DNA of 64,000 bases from Rhina ancylostomus (lineage: Eukaryota). Under the pieces are notes generated by a model, which was given only the letters and a program-made list of their open reading frames with translations, made no database searches and had not been told where the DNA came from. Position numbers and translations under genes: made by a program. Where the stretch lies: positions 116,704,649 to 116,768,648 of the forward strand of contig JARFYF010000052.1 of the NCBI GenBank assembly GCA_030265395.1. Reading direction: 5' to 3'. Below, piece after piece: positions 63,565 to 64,000 of the stretch; positions within the stretch are counted from its first letter, which is position 1, and each line of letters begins with the position of its first letter.

Positions 63565-64000
63565 GAGAAATGCTACTGGAAATGAAATAAACACAACTTT
63601 ACAGGTGTTGGAAATACTCCAGAAGTCAGGCAGCATCTTTGGAGAGAGGAAAACTGAGTTAACATTATGGGTTGATAAGCTTTTATCAGAACTGCTAGAA
63701 AAAAAACTGCAAGGGCTGATTTTCTGAAACTGATGAAAATTCAACTTTGAGTCCTTAGGATCAACATGCTGAGATGTTGTCCCTCAAGCTTAAGTCAGGT
63801 TTCATTGGCACAGTGCAAGAAGCCAAAACTAGAGTTAAAGTGGAAGAGGGATGGAGGATTAAAGTGACAGGCAACTCTAAGATCAGAGTAACCTTGCAGA
63901 CTGAGCAGAGATGTTCTGCATAGCAGTCATACCATCAGCGTTTGATTTATCCAATGCAGTGGAGATCACACTGCAAGCACCAAATGCAGCCACACCAAAT
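63565..64000 (-). mobile_element. Penelope-like retroelement: GIY-YIG endonuclease relic plus terminal repeat
   Basis: Minus strand reads GCIWCLQCDLHCIG*IKR*WYDCYAEHLCSV, then (frameshifted) DLRVACHFNPPS, matching YCIxCxxCxLxYIGETKRxLxDRFAEHL...PVACHFN. The terminal repeat with a decayed hammerhead is at 63657-63693. Confidence 0.8.

Larger units (their letters stand above)
15670..64000 (-). other. GAB1: GAB1 intron 1 (partial; exon 1 lies beyond the window)
   Basis: No sequence encoding the GAB1 N-terminus ([20 protein letters not shown]-like) and no CpG island seen upstream of exon 2. An alternative exon inside the region or in a gap cannot be excluded. Confidence 0.75.

Noticed and set aside
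1-64000. CRISPR array, rRNA or prokaryotic operon-type system
   Set aside because: No regularly spaced repeats or gene-dense segment; the window is vertebrate intronic DNA.

Overview
Vertebrate genomic DNA from a draft scaffold with many N gaps. The repeat families point to a cartilaginous fish, probably a batoid (inference). The window lies inside the GAB1 gene, which is transcribed on the minus strand. The only host coding sequence I can support is the 295-nt PH-domain exon 2 (15375-15669); about 48 kb of intron 1 lies to its right and at least part of intron 2 to its left. The introns are filled with decayed transposons: CR1, L2, RTE and Rex1/Babar LINEs, V-SINE and Deu-domain SINEs, Penelope-like elements and Harbinger relics, several of them nested. 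Four observations stand out. (1) Penelope-derived termini carry minimal type I hammerhead-ribozyme motifs, mostly in GAB1 sense orientation, and also occur as short fold-back elements, one with a 13-bp target-site duplication (TSD). (2) A CR1 insertion has a 5' block with clustered A-to-G changes, like an ADAR-edited RNA fixed in DNA. (3) A 129-bp locally templated insertion with a 9-bp flanking duplication was copied from 2.5 kb away. (4) Relics of both Harbinger genes (transposase and Myb/SANT partner) are present. Repeat boundaries and family names were read by eye and are approximate.
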